Program-made: the position numbers and the translations under genes
Shown here: in pieces, positions 1 through 7,074 of the stretch
Position numbering within the stretch: position 1 is the first letter of the stretch
How the letters are laid out: every line of letters starts with the position of its first letter
DNA from: Candidatus Wolframiiraptor sinensis
GTDB lineage: Archaea; Thermoproteota; Nitrososphaeria_A; Caldarchaeales; Wolframiiraptoraceae
Direction of reading: 5' to 3'
NCBI GenBank assembly: GCA_023261815.1
Contig: JALNKA010000009.1
Location: forward strand, 13,254-37,253
DNA: 24,000 nucleotides
The notes under the pieces: generated by a model
Told to the model about the DNA's origin: nothing
The model's database searches: none
Seen by the model: only the letters and a program-made list of their open reading frames with translations

Positions 1-174
1 AATGACTCAGCCTCGGTGAGGAGCGAGGTGGAGAGAATGGGGGCAAGATATCTCGGATCAATACCCTTCGACCCCGAGGTGGAGAAGGCTCTCGGAAGCC
101 CCAAGAAGCTCTCGGAGACCAGATTCGCCGCGAGGCTCTCGGAGATACTCGATCACGCGCTGAAGGCTACTTGA
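1..174 (+). CDS. Mrp/NBP35-like P-loop ATPase, C-terminal fragment (5' end outside window)
   Basis: Frame 1 is open from the window edge to TGA 172-174 (57 codons: ...RMGARYLGSIPFDPEVEKALGSPKKL...). The LGxIPxDP tail is typical of Mrp/ApbC/NBP35 Fe-S carrier ATPases. The P-loop lies outside the window, so the family call is tentative. Confidence 0.5.
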   Translation, partial: NDSASVRSEVERMGARYLGSIPFDPEVEKALGSPKKLSETRFAARLSEILDHALKAT

Positions 175-634
175 GCCTTCCGATGGATATCAGGGGCTTC
201 GAGCCAAAGAGCCTATTATGCTCCTTCATTATGCACCTATTCCAAACGACGATCACGCCGTTTTCCCTCAGCATCTCGGCTGCCTCGCGGCTGTAGATCC
301 CCTCCTGCATCCAGAAAACCCTTGGCCTGGGCTTCATGGAGAGAGCTTGTCTCGCGATCAGCGGGATGTCGCTCGAAGGCCTGAAAACATCCACGATGTC
401 GATGGGCACCTCGATCTCTAGGAGCGACTTGTATGATTTTAGGCCTAGAACGCTCTCCACATTCGGGTTCACGGGAATTACCTCGTAGCCCTGCCTGATG
501 AGGAACTTTGGGACGAAGTGGGATGGCTTCGACGGATCGCGCGAGAAGCCGACGACCGCTATCCTCCTAGCCTCCGATAAAATCCTCCTGAGCTCCTCGT
601 CGCCGAGCCCATCCGGTGGAATTACCTCTGACAT
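167..634 (-). CDS. CoA-binding domain protein (YccU/YneT-like)
   Basis: 155-aa ORF. IAVVGFSRDPSKPSHFVPKFLIRQGYEVIPVNPN ... DIVDVFRPS ... WMQEGI follows the Rossmann-like CoA_binding family pattern. It converges on the previous gene with an 8-nt overlap. Confidence 0.85.
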   Translation of the reverse strand: MSEVIPPDGLGDEELRRILSEARRIAVVGFSRDPSKPSHFVPKFLIRQGYEVIPVNPNVESVLGLKSYKSLLEIEVPIDIVDVFRPSSDIPLIARQALSMKPRPRVFWMQEGIYSREAAEMLRENGVIVVWNRCIMKEHNRLFGSKPLISIGRLK

Positions 635-698
635 CAGCTTCCACAGCTTAATCGGATTGCCCTTCTTAATTTAGGCTGCTCCGCTTTTAAGTCGAGTG

Positions 699-773
699 TG
701 GGGCCGCTGGGATTTGAACCCAGGACCTCGCGGGCCCGAGCCGCGAATCATGGCCAAGCTAGACCACGGCCCC
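699..773 (-). tRNA. tRNA-Pro (anticodon CGG)
   Basis: The reverse complement GGGGCCGTGGTCTAGCTTGGCCATGATTCGCGGCTCGGGCCCGCGAGGTCCTGGGTTCAAATCCCAGCGGCCCCA folds by hand into a cloverleaf. It has a 7-bp acceptor stem (GGGGCCG/CGGCCCC), a 5-bp anticodon stem (CGCGG/CCGCG), the loop CU-CGG-GC, a 5-bp T stem (CTGGG/CCCAG) with a TTCAAAT loop, and discriminator A. There is no encoded CCA and no intron. Confidence 0.9.
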
Positions 774-791
774 TGCAGCTGAGAGATCATG

Positions 792-807
792 CTATTCATA
801 TTTAGGG
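792..807 (-). promoter_or_regulatory. TATA-like box upstream of tRNA-Pro
   Basis: The minus strand reads CCCTAAATATGAATAG, centred about 27 nt upstream of tRNA position 1. That is the spacing expected for an archaeal TATA box. Motif-level evidence only. Confidence 0.35.
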
Positions 808-848
808 TTAATCGCGGGTCTCGGGCCTATATTCAAGCTGAGAGGGGT

Positions 849-1613
849 CTAGGTGCCCTCGATTCTCGGGGCTATTAGGTATTCTAGTCTTCCGGATGGT
901 ATTGGAAATCCAAGCTTTATCGGCTTATTCGTCGTCAGCTCCATCACCATCTCATCGCTCAGCGCTGAGCCGGCCTTCACTATCTTCTCGAGGTAGTTTA
1001 TGCTGAAGTGCGCCCAAACCTCCTTACTCGCCTCTATCACGTATATCGCGGCGCCGTGCTTGGAGAATTTTATCTGGGCTCCGCCGAGCTCTCCCTTAGC
1101 CGATAATACGACCTCCTCGGGGCTTATCGTTATCTTCACGTAGTCGCTGAGGGCCTTGCAGTCCCTGATCGCATCCTTGACGGCTGATGAGCTTATCCTA
1201 GCCTTCGCGTCGAACGTGAGCTTCGGCGTAACGCTTCTAGCCTCCACGGTCTCGAGCGTGTTGAACGTGAAGATCCTCTGCTTCGAGCCAGTTGCGTCCA
1301 CGATCACGAGCTCAAGCCTTCTATCGCCCTCGTTATACGAGAAGATCATGCTCTCGCCGCTCTTGACGTGCTTGAGGAGCTTCAGGAGCTCCGAGATATT
1401 CACGGTCATCTGGAGGTCGCCGTTGCACTCATATTCCTCGGCGGCAGAGCTCGAGAGCTCGAAGTCCACGAGCGATATGTGGGCGGGATCCATGGCCACG
1501 AGCCTAATCCCATCCGCCGTCAGCTTGAACGTCCCCTCATCCGCGACCGCGTTTATGGCTTTAAGTAGGTCTGAGAAGTAGTCCGCGCTCGGCAGCTTCA
1601 TCCTAAATGACAT
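849..1613 (-). CDS. pcn: DNA polymerase sliding clamp (PCNA)
   Basis: The track ORF is 849-1667. I place the start at ATG 1613 (MSFRMKLPSADYFSDLLKAI...). It is preceded by GGGGAGGAG and gives a protein of about 254 aa, the usual PCNA length. Two-domain clamp-like sequence ending ...LEYLIAPRIE. Confidence 0.9.
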   Translation of the reverse strand: MSFRMKLPSADYFSDLLKAINAVADEGTFKLTADGIRLVAMDPAHISLVDFELSSSAAEEYECNGDLQMTVNISELLKLLKHVKSGESMIFSYNEGDRRLELVIVDATGSKQRIFTFNTLETVEARSVTPKLTFDAKARISSSAVKDAIRDCKALSDYVKITISPEEVVLSAKGELGGAQIKFSKHGAAIYVIEASKEVWAHFSINYLEKIVKAGSALSDEMVMELTTNKPIKLGFPIPSGRLEYLIAPRIEGT

Positions 1614-1725
1614 ACTCCTCCCCTGGATGGAGACATGCATCTGGGCGTAATTAAGGTTTGATTCCACTGTGAGGCGGGCGGGCGGCTCAGGTTATACCCT
1701 GGAAATCGAGGGGGAAGTATCGGGC

Positions 1726-1738
1726 GAATATTGATATT
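1726..1738 (+). promoter_or_regulatory. TATA-like box upstream of serS
   Basis: GAATATTGATATT is centred about 38 nt upstream of ATG 1770, in the divergent PCNA/serS intergenic region. Motif-level evidence only. Confidence 0.3.
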
Positions 1739-1769
1739 GTTGTTGAGCGGGCTAGTTAGCTGGAGCCTG

Positions 1770-3314
1770 ATGAGCCTTAGACTCCAGCTCCTGGGGAGAA
1801 TCGAGCTGAGCTCGGACGCGGGCGGAGCGATGCAGGAGATAAGGGAGGCATTTGACGAGCTTGAAAGTTTCCTCGAGAGGGCCGTGGAGAAGTATGGCGA
1901 GGAGGCCGCGGAGCTCCTGAGCTGGAATGTCGAGGGAAATCTTCTGAAGGTCTCGATTAGGTCTGGGAGGAGCCTCAGGGCGCATGACGTTCTCCTCAGG
2001 CTGAAGAATATTCTAGCTCAGAAAGTCGGGGCCAAGAGGATCGGCACTAGGCGCGTCATCGTAGAAAGCCTGGAGGCGAGGATCAGCGGAGGCCATGTGG
2101 GGAGACAACGTGCAGAGGAGCTTCTGCAGGGAGTTGCCGAGGTGAGTGAGTCGAATGGAGACCTCGTTCTCATCTTTCAAAACTTGACCGAGCACGATCT
2201 CAAGGAGAGGGTGGTGGATAGAGCGCTCAGGCTCATTAGAGTTGAGGAAGCTCCTCCAGAGGGCGAGAAGCTAGCACCATTCGGGACTGTGCTGAAGAGG
2301 GGCGCTGAGAAGACGCATAAGCTCGTGGCAGATGTCGCGGCTGAGGCCGAGAGGAGGGGGTGGGTGAAGAGGTATCCAGGTAGAGGTCAATGGATCTACA
2401 TGCCGCCCATGGCCGCGCTCATCAGGGCGATCATACAGCTGCTCGTAGAGCGGATTGCGAAGCCCCTCGGATTTGATGAGTGGATGTTCCCGAGGCTCGT
2501 GCCCATGGAGGTTTACAAGAGGCTGACAACGTATATCGAGCATCTGCCCGACGGGGTCTTCTACGTATGCGTTCCGCCGAGGGATCCATCGGCCTTCGAG
2601 GAGTTCAAGCGGGAGTTCAAGCTGAGGAGGGAGCTTCGGACGGATCTGCTGAAGAATATCCTCGGCGAGCCCGAGTACATTATGGAGGCGATCCAGTGCA
2701 CCGCGTTCTACCAATTCTTCAGCGGCGAGATAGTCAGGCTCGAGGATCTGCCGGTGAAGGCTTACGAGGTTATGGGCGGCTGGACGTGGAGGAATGAGGC
2801 CGGCGGCGTCGAAGGCCTCGTGAGGACGAACGAGTTCCTCAGAATGGAAATGGTCTTCCTCGGATCCCCGGATCAGGTGATAGAGCTGAGAAACCGCGTA
2901 ACAGAGCTGACGATAGAGGTCCTCGAGAAGGATCTGGATATGGAGTGGAGGCTCGTCGCCGGAGCTCCATTCTACCTCTCGCCCCAAGAAGCTTCGAAAA
3001 GGCTGATAGACGTCTCACATGTAGATAAGATCCCAACGCTGGATGTGGAGGTTTACCTGCCCTACCGCGGCCCAAGAGATGAGGCCGAATGGCTTGAGAT
3101 AACGGCGGCAAGCGTTCACAAGGACTTCTACGTGGAGAACTTTAGGATAAAGGAGGCTAGAGGTCGGCAGATCTGGACAGGATGCGTCGGCCACGGGATA
3201 AGCAGGTGGGCAATTGGATTCCTAGCAAGGCATGGATTCGACTTCGACGAATGGCCTGACTCAATAAAGAGCATCATCAAAAGGCTGCCGCAGTCACCGA
3301 GAACCATAACGTGA
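1770..3314 (+). CDS. serS: Seryl-tRNA synthetase, type 2 (methanogen-type)
   Basis: The sequence tracks the atypical methanogen-type SerRS as I recall it from Methanosarcina barkeri. Matching stretches are SGRSLRAHDVLLRLKNIL, RGWVKRYPGRGQWIYMPP, FPRLVPMEVY, YVCVPPRDP, class II motif 2-like WRNEAGGVEGLVRTNEFLRMEMVFLG, and TGCVGHGISRWAIGFLA. The start is set at ATG 1770 (MSLRLQLLGRIEL...) rather than the track's TTG 1731, because the homologous N-terminus begins there. Confidence 0.8.
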   Translation: MSLRLQLLGRIELSSDAGGAMQEIREAFDELESFLERAVEKYGEEAAELLSWNVEGNLLKVSIRSGRSLRAHDVLLRLKNILAQKVGAKRIGTRRVIVESLEARISGGHVGRQRAEELLQGVAEVSESNGDLVLIFQNLTEHDLKERVVDRALRLIRVEEAPPEGEKLAPFGTVLKRGAEKTHKLVADVAAEAERRGWVKRYPGRGQWIYMPPMAALIRAIIQLLVERIAKPLGFDEWMFPRLVPMEVYKRLTTYIEHLPDGVFYVCVPPRDPSAFEEFKREFKLRRELRTDLLKNILGEPEYIMEAIQCTAFYQFFSGEIVRLEDLPVKAYEVMGGWTWRNEAGGVEGLVRTNEFLRMEMVFLGSPDQVIELRNRVTELTIEVLEKDLDMEWRLVAGAPFYLSPQEASKRLIDVSHVDKIPTLDVEVYLPYRGPRDEAEWLEITAASVHKDFYVENFRIKEARGRQIWTGCVGHGISRWAIGFLARHGFDFDEWPDSIKSIIKRLPQSPRTIT

Positions 3315-3360
3315 TCGATGATCAGATTCGGCGGCGCGCATCGCCTCACGGTAAGCGGAG

Positions 3361-4323
3361 GTGGAGAATTCCGTGAAGTTAATGGTGCGGGGAATCTACT
3401 CGACGGCCCTAATCCATCTACTCTTATCCAGCGGCTTCACCTTAACGAGACCGACGAGATCCCAATCGGAGAGGTTCGGCGTATCATCGCGTGATCCGCC
3501 TGACGCCGAGATAACGGACTTAACATCCGATCGAAATTGCATCGAGATAAGAGGCTCCTCTGAGGCCGTTGAATCCGTGATAGATGTCCTCCGCAAAACC
3601 TTCGCGGATCTGATAGTCTTGGGGGTTAAGGACTCGGGCGGCCTCCTGAGCGCGAGAATGGGCTTCCCTAATGACGCGAAGCTCAAGCTCGATGAGCTGA
3701 GAGCCACGATAGCCTACACAGTTCCATATCACCATTATTGCAGAGCCGGCGGCGAGGGGTTATCGAGCATGGTGACGATAGCTGAGGACATGGTGGAGAA
3801 GGGAGTCGTCCCAGCTGAAGAGATGTCTAGGAGCTTCCGCGAGCAAGTTCTAAGCATCTCCCCAAGAATCGGGTCCACGGTCAAGATCATCCACCTGAAG
3901 CCCGATGGAAGGAGGATAATCCTCGGACATGGTAGAGTTGTCGGGAGATCCGACGGTTCGATCAGGCTCATGAGGAGGATAATGGGGTTCGGGATATATG
4001 ATGGTCTTGGGATAGAGAAGTGCCCCGGAGACTATGCGATGACAGAGATCTCGAGATTCCGCCCATGGATTAAGACCAGCTATTACAGCATCTCGGGCGC
4101 GCTCAAGGGCTGCTACTACAACATCTCGACGCCGGTCTCGGTATACCCGGATCACGTGCACTACTTCGACCTCGAGGTGGATGTAGTCGTCAAGCCGAGC
4201 TCAGGCCCGGAGATCGTGGACGCCGATGGCTTGGAGAAAGCTGTCCAGGAGAATAGGATAAGCGAGGAGCTGAAGAAGGCGGCTCTCAAGATCGCTGAGG
4301 AGATCGCTTCGAAGCAACCCTAG
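3361..4323 (+). CDS. FAU-1-like RNA-binding protein / putative ribonuclease with DUF402-like C-terminal domain
   Basis: The N-terminus VRGIYSTALIHLLLSSGFTLTRPTRSQSERFG resembles the FAU-1 family start (IRGIYATALT..GF...PS....RF). The C-terminal YYNISTPVSVYPDHVHYFDLEVDVVV resembles DUF402. The start is ambiguous (GTG 3361, GTG 3373 or ATG 3382) and GGAGGTG lies just upstream. Confidence 0.6.
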   Translation: MENSVKLMVRGIYSTALIHLLLSSGFTLTRPTRSQSERFGVSSRDPPDAEITDLTSDRNCIEIRGSSEAVESVIDVLRKTFADLIVLGVKDSGGLLSARMGFPNDAKLKLDELRATIAYTVPYHHYCRAGGEGLSSMVTIAEDMVEKGVVPAEEMSRSFREQVLSISPRIGSTVKIIHLKPDGRRIILGHGRVVGRSDGSIRLMRRIMGFGIYDGLGIEKCPGDYAMTEISRFRPWIKTSYYSISGALKGCYYNISTPVSVYPDHVHYFDLEVDVVVKPSSGPEIVDADGLEKAVQENRISEELKKAALKIAEEIASKQP

Positions 4324-4942
4324 CGAGCCTGGCATACCAGAGCTCATATGCTCCACCTCTGCTTTCTCCAACCTTAATCAGCGATTTAACCACCAAGTAT
4401 GCCGGGATTATGCTTAGAGGGACATGAAGCACGTTAAATATCGCCGTGAAGATCATTATCAGGGGTAGGGCAGCCAGCTCATCTACTATTCTCAGGCCAA
4501 GGAAGGCTGAAATACTTGCTGCGGCAAATTCCAAGAAGCCGGGGAACATGTAAACCAGCACGAGATAATTAAATACGCTCATTAAGATGACTCTAATTAT
4601 GCATCCGAAAATGATTCCCAAAATGAAGCCCATTCCTCGTGACGGCCTTAGCTTGAAGCCAGCCCAGAGACCGATCAAGGTCGAGAGCACCGCCGCGAAT
4701 TTCATCGTAGGGCCTAGTGGTGAGAAAGCGCCCACAAAAAGCAGGACAAGCCAGTAGACGGCCGCGGAGAATACACCAGCCGACGGGCCTAGCGTGAGGA
4801 AAGCAAGGAAAACTGGAACCTCCGCCAAATCAAATTTCAGGTAAGGGATTATGGGAAATGGAAATGAAAGCGGCAGGACCGCTAAGAGGGCTGCTAGACT
4901 TGCTAGACAACTTGCTGCTGCAACCTGCTTGATAGTCCTCAT
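4286..4942 (-). CDS. Polytopic membrane protein, ECF-transporter S-component-like
   Basis: 218 aa with about 5-6 hydrophobic spans. IPYLKFDLAEVPVFLAFLTLGPSAGV matches the (Y/F)L.fD.s.iP.....f.lGP..G signature of ECF substrate-capture (S) components. There are no adjacent ECF A/T genes. Its 3' end overlaps the convergent FAU-1-like gene by 38 nt. Confidence 0.55.
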   Translation of the reverse strand: MRTIKQVAAASCLASLAALLAVLPLSFPFPIIPYLKFDLAEVPVFLAFLTLGPSAGVFSAAVYWLVLLFVGAFSPLGPTMKFAAVLSTLIGLWAGFKLRPSRGMGFILGIIFGCIIRVILMSVFNYLVLVYMFPGFLEFAAASISAFLGLRIVDELAALPLIMIFTAIFNVLHVPLSIIPAYLVVKSLIKVGESRGGAYELWYARLARVASKRSPQRS

Positions 4943-4976
4943 GGCAGGACGAGCCTGGTTCCAGTGAATTAATAAA

Positions 4977-4996
4977 TTTTGAGTAATTACTCAAAA
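4977..4996. promoter_or_regulatory. Perfect 20-nt palindrome TTTTGAGTAATTACTCAAAA (candidate operator or hairpin)
   Basis: The sequence equals its own reverse complement. It lies 10 nt downstream of the RHH-nucleotidyltransferase stop and 35-54 nt upstream of the S-component-like ATG (4942). It overlaps an AT-rich TATA-like stretch (minus strand AAAATTTATTAATT, 4967-4980). Confidence 0.5.
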
Positions 4997-5005
4997 ATGG
5001 GTAAC

Positions 5006-5842
5006 TTAACCAATGAGACCCGTAAAATAATCTTTCCAGACCTGCTCATAGTCCTCCGGAGACCCGATATCAGCCCAGTAGCCGTTATATGGATAGGCAT
5101 AGAGCTTTCCCCTCTCTATGAGCTCGGGAAATACGTGCTCTTCCAGTGAGCAGTAGGTCAGAGCGGGAATATAGTCTAGGATCTGAGGCTCGAAGACATA
5201 TATCCCGGCATTAACCAGTCCCGAGATCGGTTGCTTGGGCTTCTCGCGGAAGGCTACAACCCGGTTACTTTCATCAAGCGATACTAAGCCGAATCTACTA
5301 GCATCCTCGACTTTAGCTAATGCCATGGTGGCGATGGCGTTCCTCTCCTCATGAAATCTCAGGAGATCGCCTATATTCAGGCCATTGAATAGCACGTCTC
5401 CATAGACTACTATGAATCTGCCATCGATCTTATCCTCCGCATTCCTGATTGCTCCCGCGGTCCCGAGCGGGATCTTCTCCACGGAGTAATCTATCTTAAC
5501 CCTGAGTGAGCCGCCATCCCCGAAATATCTTATGATGTGCTCGCTCAGATGGCTCACTGCCAGGATGAAGTGGTTGAGACCTTGATCTCTAAGCCTGCAT
5601 ATTGTGTGCTCTAGCAGGGGCTTGTAGCCGACGGGCATCATCACCTTCGGAATACTCTTGCTTAGGGGCCCCATCCCCACTCCTAGGCCGCCGCATAGGA
5701 TCAAGCATTTCATGGATTCGCGGATAAGCTTCTCCCGAACCGCCTCAATTATGAATGCTGTCCGCCGCCTAGCGGGTATCCTGCTACTAAGCTGCCTCCA
5801 AAGATCATCCGGAAATTCTATACTCGTTCTATGCTTCTGCAT
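5006..5842 (-). CDS. Ribbon-helix-helix (CopG-like) domain fused to a sugar-phosphate nucleotidyltransferase
   Basis: Residues 1-44 (TSIEFPDDLWRQLSS..RRRTAFIIEAVREKLIRE) have a beta-strand/helix/helix RHH pattern. From MKCLILCGG onward it is an NTP_transferase fold (PKVMMPV, GTAGAIRNA, VVYGDVL, NAGIYVF, GYWADIGSPEDY). A TATA-like CATTATATGTAAATT on the minus strand lies about 30 nt upstream of ATG 5842, which supports the long form. Confidence 0.8.
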   Translation of the reverse strand: MQKHRTSIEFPDDLWRQLSSRIPARRRTAFIIEAVREKLIRESMKCLILCGGLGVGMGPLSKSIPKVMMPVGYKPLLEHTICRLRDQGLNHFILAVSHLSEHIIRYFGDGGSLRVKIDYSVEKIPLGTAGAIRNAEDKIDGRFIVVYGDVLFNGLNIGDLLRFHEERNAIATMALAKVEDASRFGLVSLDESNRVVAFREKPKQPISGLVNAGIYVFEPQILDYIPALTYCSLEEHVFPELIERGKLYAYPYNGYWADIGSPEDYEQVWKDYFTGLIG

Positions 5843-5933
5843 ATCGCTAGAATATGTGGAGTAATTTACATATAATGTTTATGCAGACCGCCCCTCCCAA
5901 AAGCTTTTTCTAATGCGTGCATGAAGCATACCT

Positions 5934-6003
5934 TATTAAGATATGCTTATTACTACTAAGATGGTAGCTATTAAGATATGCTTATTAAGATATGGTTAAT
6001 AAT
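5934..6003. repeat. Array of a 19-nt AT-rich motif TATTAAGATATGCTTATTA
   Basis: Exact copies lie at 5934-5952 and 5969-5987. A third copy at 5983-6001 (TATTAAGATATGGTTAATA, 2 mismatches) overlaps the second by 5 nt. A degenerate copy CTAAGATGGTAGCTA lies at 5956-5970. The core recurs as TTAGGATATGCT at 6034-6045, across the gap start codon. Confidence 0.8.
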
Positions 6004-6040
6004 CCCGAATATATCCATTCTCAAGTGAGGTGCTTAGGAT

Positions 6041-7060
6041 ATGCTGAGGGTCGGAGTAAATGGTATGGGGAGGATAGGGCGGCTATTTGCGCGGGCAGCC
6101 TTCCAGCATCCCGAGCATGGTAAGAGCTTCGAGATAGTAGCTTTTAACGAGATAGCGGACAATAAGGTAACAGCGTTCCTACTGAGGTACGATTCTGTGC
6201 ACAAAAAATGGGATAGGAAGGTGGAGGCGACGGATAAGGGCATAGTAATCGATGGCCGTGAGCTCTTAGGATTCCATGAAATGGATCCTGCTAAAATCCC
6301 TTGGAATAAGGCCGAGGTTGATCTGGTGGTCGAAGCTACCGGCAGGTTCACGGATAGAGAGAAGGCGGCCCTGCATCTCAGGGATGGCGTGAAGAAGGTC
6401 TTGATTTCCGCGCCCTCGAAGAACGCCGATGTAACGATAGTGCCGGGCGTGAACGATGAGATGCTGGATGTCAAGAAGCACGACGTCATCTCCGGCGCAT
6501 CCTGCACGACGAACTGCCTCGCCCCGATGGTCAAGGTACTGCTGGACAACTTCGGGATAAAGAAAGGGTTCATGACGACGGTCCATGCTTACACGAATGA
6601 TCAGAGGGTTCTCGACTTAGTTCACGAGGATCTTCGAAGGGCCAGGGCCGCGGCTCTCTCTATAATCCCGACGACGACCGGTGCGGCGAAAGCGCTTCAC
6701 TTGGTCATCCCGGAGGTTAAGGGGAAGCTACACGGCATAGCACTGCGGGTCCCGGTTCCGGATGGCTCGATAACGGACTTGGTAGCGCTGCTCGACCGCG
6801 AGGTAACGGTCGATGAAGTGAAGAATGCCTATAAGAGGGCGGCCGAGGGCAGGATGAGGGGGATACTCGAGTACACGGAGGACCCGATAGTCTCGGTTGA
6901 CATAATCGGCAACCCGGCCTCATGCATCATAGATGGGCAGAATATAATGACTTTAGGGGACAGGGGTGACATAGTCAAGGTTCTGGGTTGGTACGATAAT
7001 GAGTGGGGCTACAGTAATAGGCTCATAGACATAATTCTGCTGATCAATAAGCAGCTTTAG
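6041..7060 (+). CDS. gap: Glyceraldehyde-3-phosphate dehydrogenase, class I (bacterial/eukaryal type)
   Basis: NGMGRIGR NAD-binding start, catalytic ASCTTNCLAP, TTVHAYTNDQRVLD and WYDNEWGYSNR are class I GAPDH signatures. SD-like GAGGTG lies 8 nt upstream of the ATG. Confidence 0.95.
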   Translation: MLRVGVNGMGRIGRLFARAAFQHPEHGKSFEIVAFNEIADNKVTAFLLRYDSVHKKWDRKVEATDKGIVIDGRELLGFHEMDPAKIPWNKAEVDLVVEATGRFTDREKAALHLRDGVKKVLISAPSKNADVTIVPGVNDEMLDVKKHDVISGASCTTNCLAPMVKVLLDNFGIKKGFMTTVHAYTNDQRVLDLVHEDLRRARAAALSIIPTTTGAAKALHLVIPEVKGKLHGIALRVPVPDGSITDLVALLDREVTVDEVKNAYKRAAEGRMRGILEYTEDPIVSVDIIGNPASCIIDGQNIMTLGDRGDIVKVLGWYDNEWGYSNRLIDIILLINKQL

Positions 7061-7074
7061 GCCTCCTTTACCTT

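Noticed and set aside
1614-1769. N-terminal extensions of PCNA (to 1667) and SerRS (from TTG 1731) given by the ORF track
   Set aside because: Homologous N-termini begin at ATG 1613 (with GGAGG upstream) and ATG 1770. The extensions would consume the divergent promoter region and its TATA-like boxes.
3315-3360. C/D-box sRNA in the serS/FAU-1-like spacer (GTGATCGATGATCAGA)
   Set aside because: AUGAUCA deviates from the C box RUGAUGA at a conserved position. No CUGA D box or terminal stem follows within the 46-nt spacer.
218-4161. Track ORFs overlapping or antisense to the CoA-binding, PCNA, SerRS and FAU-1-like genes (218..421, 1156..1581, 1368..1568, 1752..1985, 2013..2195, 2271..2987, 2480..2797, 2839..3111, 3128..3349, 3396..3707, 3520..3735, 3735..3971, 3850..4161)
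   Set aside because: Each lies inside a gene with strong family signatures. The translations are Arg/Pro/Ser/Leu-rich with no recognisable motifs. This is the expected open alternative-frame noise of G+C-rich coding DNA.
5934-6003. CRISPR array
   Set aside because: The units are only 19 nt long. They abut or overlap with no unique spacers, there are only 3-4 copies, and they are very AT-rich. No cas genes are in the window.
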